From Dehalococcoidia bacterium (GTDB lineage Bacteria > Chloroflexota > Dehalococcoidia > Plut-88900), in the NCBI GenBank assembly GCA_965197585.1, contig OZ240215.1:1536001-1600000 (forward strand): a stretch of 64,000 bases of DNA, written 5' to 3'. The notes beneath the pieces are model-generated. The model did not search any database and was not told the DNA's origin. It was given only the letters and a program-made list of their open reading frames with translations. The number at the start of each line of letters is the position of its first letter. The first letter of the stretch is position 1. This document shows positions 60,256 through 64,000 of the stretch, in pieces. Both the position numbers and the translations under genes were made by a program.

Positions 60256-61632
60256 TCAGAGTCCCCCGATGTCCGCCGCTACCTTGTGGCCTGAGTCGTC
60301 GGCAACGGCGTCGTGGCTCAAATCAGCGTCGTTTATTCCGTATCCGAACTTCCCTGTGGCATCCTTGATCTGTTGACCTGTCAGCTTATTGGCGCCGATG
60401 GAGATGCCGTTGTCGTCAGTGTCCCCAGCCTGCACGGTGTAGGCATAGACCACCTCCGTGCCATCGTGGCTCTCGTAGGCGGCGGTTCTGGCTGTGCCTC
60501 CTATGTCAAGCGCAAGCTCGGCTTTGCAATGAACAACTTCGCTGCTACAACTGATGCTTGTGGGAATGCTCATATTCTCGCTGAAGGTCACGGTGACTTC
60601 GATCTTGTCCCCGGTCCCATAGGTGTCGTCATCCCCCGGGTCGGAGGTAAAGGCGATAGACGAAACGGTTGGGGCAACCGCATCCACTATGAAGGATGAG
60701 TCGGCAGCTACGGCCGAGTGGGTCAGAATGGCATCGTTGCCCGCTGCGTCTCTAATGAATCCTCCATTGAGGTCTACCGAGTTGGCGCTAATGGTCGGCC
60801 CGTCACTGTCCAAATCTCCTTCCTGTACCACGTATCCGAAATAGCCCCGATCCCGATACCGGTCAGTGTGGAGGGAGGGGTCCCATTTGGCCACCCTCGC
60901 TTCGCCATCGAAGTTCAAAGTAACTCGCGGTGGACCGGTGACGCTGCCCCGGACTCCATCTTCGCTGAACTCTACTTTGACGAGCAGCTCTTCGCCTGTG
61001 GTGTATGCCCCGTCACTTCCGCCCGAGCTTGCCAGAAAGTCGAGGCTGTCGAGTCTCTTTAGCCGCGGTCGAACGCCGTCAACCTTGTGTCCATCCTGAG
61101 CAGCCAGGGCGTTGTGGGACAGGTCGGCGTCATTGTTCGCCGCATCCTTGATGCTGCCGCCATTGAGCGTTAGCTTATTGGCGTTTATAGCGATTCCGTC
61201 CCTGTCCCAGTGGCCCTCTGCCACCGTGTAGCTGAAAACCACTGCGCTGCCCTCGGCACTCTCGTAGGCAGCGGTCCTATTGCTGGAGTCGAGAGCCAGT
61301 TCCAGTTGTGGTGAGCCAGTGACAGTTACGTTCTCGCTGAACGTCACCGTCACCTGAACATCGTCGCCGATGCGGTAGACGCCCGAAGCCCAGCTGGTCG
61401 ATTGCACAATGCTGCCGCCAGACCGGCCGACAATGTAAGCACCCAGATCGGCGTCGTTTTCATCGGGGTCGCTGGTGATGGCGACGGACGAGATGGTCGG
61501 GGCCGTAGTATCCGCTTGGGCCGAAACTGAGGGCAGGCCGTCGAATGCGAACAGTCCGATGATTCCCACGAGCACTCCAACCACAAGCGCCCACGCCAGT
61601 GTCCATCTAAGGGTTCCTATTCTTATGGTCAT
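60256..61632 (-). CDS. Secreted protein with about 3 Ig-like beta-sandwich repeats
   Basis: Signal peptide; repeated V.V.FSE, YTV..GD.D.DG and I.DAA.NDA.L.H units. Confidence 0.65.
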   Translation of the reverse strand: MTIRIGTLRWTLAWALVVGVLVGIIGLFAFDGLPSVSAQADTTAPTISSVAITSDPDENDADLGAYIVGRSGGSIVQSTSWASGVYRIGDDVQVTVTFSENVTVTGSPQLELALDSSNRTAAYESAEGSAVVFSYTVAEGHWDRDGIAINANKLTLNGGSIKDAANNDADLSHNALAAQDGHKVDGVRPRLKRLDSLDFLASSGGSDGAYTTGEELLVKVEFSEDGVRGSVTGPPRVTLNFDGEARVAKWDPSLHTDRYRDRGYFGYVVQEGDLDSDGPTISANSVDLNGGFIRDAAGNDAILTHSAVAADSSFIVDAVAPTVSSIAFTSDPGDDDTYGTGDKIEVTVTFSENMSIPTSISCSSEVVHCKAELALDIGGTARTAAYESHDGTEVVYAYTVQAGDTDDNGISIGANKLTGQQIKDATGKFGYGINDADLSHDAVADDSGHKVAADIGGL

Positions 61633-62039
61633 CTGGTTCCTCTCTCTGGAGATTTGGGAGCCTTCCCTTGGGTGAGCTCCACGGGTTACGTAGTCACAAC
61701 CCGCCCAAAACCACCACCGCCGTACCCTCGCTTGTCTGGGACTCCTCGCTCCCGGCGTCGTCGGTATAGGTGGCTCGCACCGAGCGTCATTTCATAATTG
61801 GCGAAGGTTATAATCGCACTTTTGGGATTCTTTGCCAAGCTACGGCCTCCTATGTACCCCCTACATAGGCTGCGAAGCCGGGATTGCATGACAATGCCGT
61901 AGCGTCACCCCACTGGCAATTGCCCGGCCCGTCGCGCCCTGGACGACGGCATATCCAAAATCCTCGGCCTCCCTGACCTCGCCAAGCTAAGAGACCTCCT
62001 GGCCTCGGAACCCGTCATATCCAACCGGCCCTTATGATC

Positions 62040-62270
62040 CCAGCCCCCATCCCGAGCCCCCCCAATTGACCCCCCCCGAAGTGAGCCTGTCCGCCTAAGG
62101 CGGATCATTCCCGACCCCGAGAGCCGAAATCCACCCCCATCCCCCTCCCCCCAGTACTGAACTAGAGGGAGACGTTGGCGCGTCTGCGCCAACGTCTCCC
62201 TCTGTTCTTATCTCCCCCTCTCCCTTAATGGCCCTAAGGGAGAGGGGGATCAAGGGGGTGAGGGTTCCCG
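62040..62270. repeat. REP mosaic including an 18-bp-arm inverted repeat (62164-62203) and a family A unit
   Basis: AGAGGGAGACGTTGGCGC-GTCT-GCGCCAACGTCTCCCTCT; GAGCCTGTCCGCCTAAGGCGGATCATTCC block shared with about 41230 and 54460. Confidence 0.7.
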
Positions 62271-62312
62271 GTGGGGCTGGGGCGGTGTTCCCCCGAAAGT
62301 GACACGAACCCC

Positions 62313-62342
62313 TTGACCCGTGTGGAACACTAGTGCTATTAT
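62313..62342 (+). promoter_or_regulatory. Sigma70 promoter with a LexA-like box
   Basis: TTGACC-18-TATTAT; GAAC-ACTA-GTGC at 62325-62336; upstream AAAGTGACACGAACCCCTTGACC identical to copy B. Confidence 0.6.
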
Positions 62343-62374
62343 CCTCACCGTTCGAACACCAACCTAACTATCTC

Positions 62375-62890
62375 AAGGAGGAACCAAAAACCCAGGGAAG
62401 CCCACCCGACCCACCCGAGGACTCAACGCCCCAGCCCATCCCAACGGCCCTCGCGCAGGCCCGCGGCACAAGCGAAAGCGGAACGTCCGCCTATGGAGGA
62501 GCGCCATCTCCTCATCCCACCGGGTCCCGTATCCCCTTCCCTGACTCCCAGGCGATGGATGGTCCACAATTTTAAGCGGCACGCTCCCCTCAAAGGAGCC
62601 CTGCCCAAATGAGCCCCGCTCACGCCGGGCCAAACACCTCGGGCCTTTACGCCCTTGGAAATATCTCCCCCGTCGTTCCCTTCGGAGACCCCCATACAAC
62701 CAGCGACGGCAGCGAGAAAACGTGCTCCCCACCCCTCCGAGTGGGTCAGCCAAAACTGGTGGTAGAGATGCCCTCAAGCGAGAACCCCTCGCTTGTCTAC
62801 CACGTGATAACAGAAGCACGGGGCTGAACCAGGCTGGCCTCCCGCCCCCTGAATCCGAGTCCCGGACCTTCCATCGCCTGCCCTCCCCCA
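62375..62890 (+). pseudogene. Terminase-like relic, copy C (most decayed, no start codon)
   Basis: Shares the GCGATGGA..GGTCC...CGGCA...AAGG..CC.TGCC block and the 3' GTCCCGGACCTTCCATCGCC end with copies A/B. Confidence 0.45.
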
Positions 62891-62970
62891 ACAACCCAAA
62901 CCGAAACCCCACCCCCCACAACCGAATAAAAACCCGGCGAGCCACTAACCTACCGGACCAGTTCCCCCAA

Positions 62971-62999
62971 TTGACCCCCCACCCCCGACATGCTACCAT
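62971..62999 (+). promoter_or_regulatory. Sigma70 promoter for ribF
   Basis: TTGACC-17-TACCAT with an extended TG. Confidence 0.55.
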
Positions 63000-63057
63000 C
63001 CCACCCTAGTGACCCCTATCACGCGGTAGGGGTCACATTCGGGTATAGAGCCACCCT

Positions 63058-63981
63058 GTGCTGGAAGAGTTAGCCGCCCACCCACCTGACAGACACACAG
63101 CCGTTGCCATCGGCGTGTTCGACGGTGTGCACCTTGGACACCAGGCCCTCTTCCAGACCACCATCGCCCAAGCCCAGGCCCGTGGCCTCGAATCAGCAGT
63201 CGTAACCTTCCGAAACCACCCCCTTACCGTCCTCTCGCCCACCTTCCAGCCCCGCTACCTCATGGACCTCGACACCCGGCTTAATGCCATAGGCTCATTG
63301 GGCATCGACCATACCGTCGCCATAAACTTCACCCGAGAAGTCTCCCAGCTAAGGGCCAGAGAGTTCGTGCAACGACTTTCCGAAGGTCTGAATATGAAGA
63401 CCTTAGTCTGTGGCCAGGACTTCGCCCTCGGCAAGAACCGAGAAGGAGACCTCGAGACCCTCACAAAGCTGGGAGAGGACTACGGTTACGAAGTAGTCTG
63501 CCAAGACGTAATCCAGGACGCCGACCTCACCGTAAGCAGCACCGCTATCCGACAAGCCCTCACAAAGGGCAACGTTGAACTGGCAATGCGCCTGATGACG
63601 AGGCCCTTCCGGCTCTCGGGGTCCGTGGTAGTCGGCGACAAGCGTGGACGCCTCCTCGGCTTCCCCACCGCCAACGTCGATGTCCCTCCCGACCGAGCCC
63701 TTCTGGCCGACGGCATATACGCCACCCGTGTCCTGCTCAATGACCGATGCCTCGACTCCATAACCTACGTCGGCAACAAACCCACCTTCGACGGCGAAAA
63801 ACGTGCCACTGAGGTCTACATCTTCGATTTCGACGAAGACATCTACGGCCGGTCCATCGATGTGGATTTCCTGGCCAAGATCAGGGGCGACATGCGCTTC
63901 TCCGGCGCCCAGGAGTTGATAGACCGGATGAACATTGACGTAGAAATGGCCCGAAATGCCCTCTCATCAATCCTCAGCTAA
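63058..63981 (+). CDS. ribF: Bifunctional riboflavin kinase/FAD synthetase
   Basis: IGVFDGVHLGHQ, VSSTAIR, GRLLGFPTAN and EVYIFDF..DIYG motifs. Confidence 0.96.
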   Translation: MLEELAAHPPDRHTAVAIGVFDGVHLGHQALFQTTIAQAQARGLESAVVTFRNHPLTVLSPTFQPRYLMDLDTRLNAIGSLGIDHTVAINFTREVSQLRAREFVQRLSEGLNMKTLVCGQDFALGKNREGDLETLTKLGEDYGYEVVCQDVIQDADLTVSSTAIRQALTKGNVELAMRLMTRPFRLSGSVVVGDKRGRLLGFPTANVDVPPDRALLADGIYATRVLLNDRCLDSITYVGNKPTFDGEKRATEVYIFDFDEDIYGRSIDVDFLAKIRGDMRFSGAQELIDRMNIDVEMARNALSSILS

Positions 63982-64000
63982 TGACTACCAGCAAATACGA

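Noticed and set aside
41700-62900. Intact prophage
   Set aside because: Only degenerate terminase-like fragments are present, separated by housekeeping genes, with no portal, capsid, tail or integrase.
63000-63057. FMN riboswitch upstream of ribF
   Set aside because: Only a short GTGACCCCTA..TAGGGGTCAC hairpin is present; the leader is too short and lacks the conserved RFN motifs.

Overview
A 64-kb, GC-rich bacterial chromosome segment, most likely Chloroflexota/Dehalococcoidia (SAR202-like). This taxonomy is inferred from the rplI-dnaB-dnaD-tandem-DnaC arrangement, the F420-type LLM/DDN enzymes, the PAC2 gene and GAAC-N4-GTTC-type LexA boxes. Most of the window is housekeeping and metabolic genes: siroheme-route tetrapyrrole operon, sufBCDSU, purQ/purL, fumC, ribF, rpsU, rlmD, maf, two type II TA pairs, MFS transporters and Zn-ADHs. 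Two things stand out. (1) Three genes that the ORF track splits or truncates are read-through selenoprotein candidates. Each has an in-frame TGA at a conserved Cys/Sec site followed by a bacterial SECIS-like hairpin: a thioredoxin-NHL protein (CUVNC), an M20D amidohydrolase (MHAUGHD, a metal-ligand position) and an orphan GrdB-like protein that has lost its UxxCxxC cysteines. (2) The long intergenic regions hold a dispersed family of composite elements. Each has a REP/BIME-like mosaic, then a sigma70 promoter with a LexA-like box, then internally deleted phage terminase large-subunit-like sequence (3 copies) or a helically phased CAATCA array (1 copy). A 21-22-nt hairpin micro-element is inserted into these repeats at G^A sites. 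No rRNA, tRNA, CRISPR array or intact transposase was seen.
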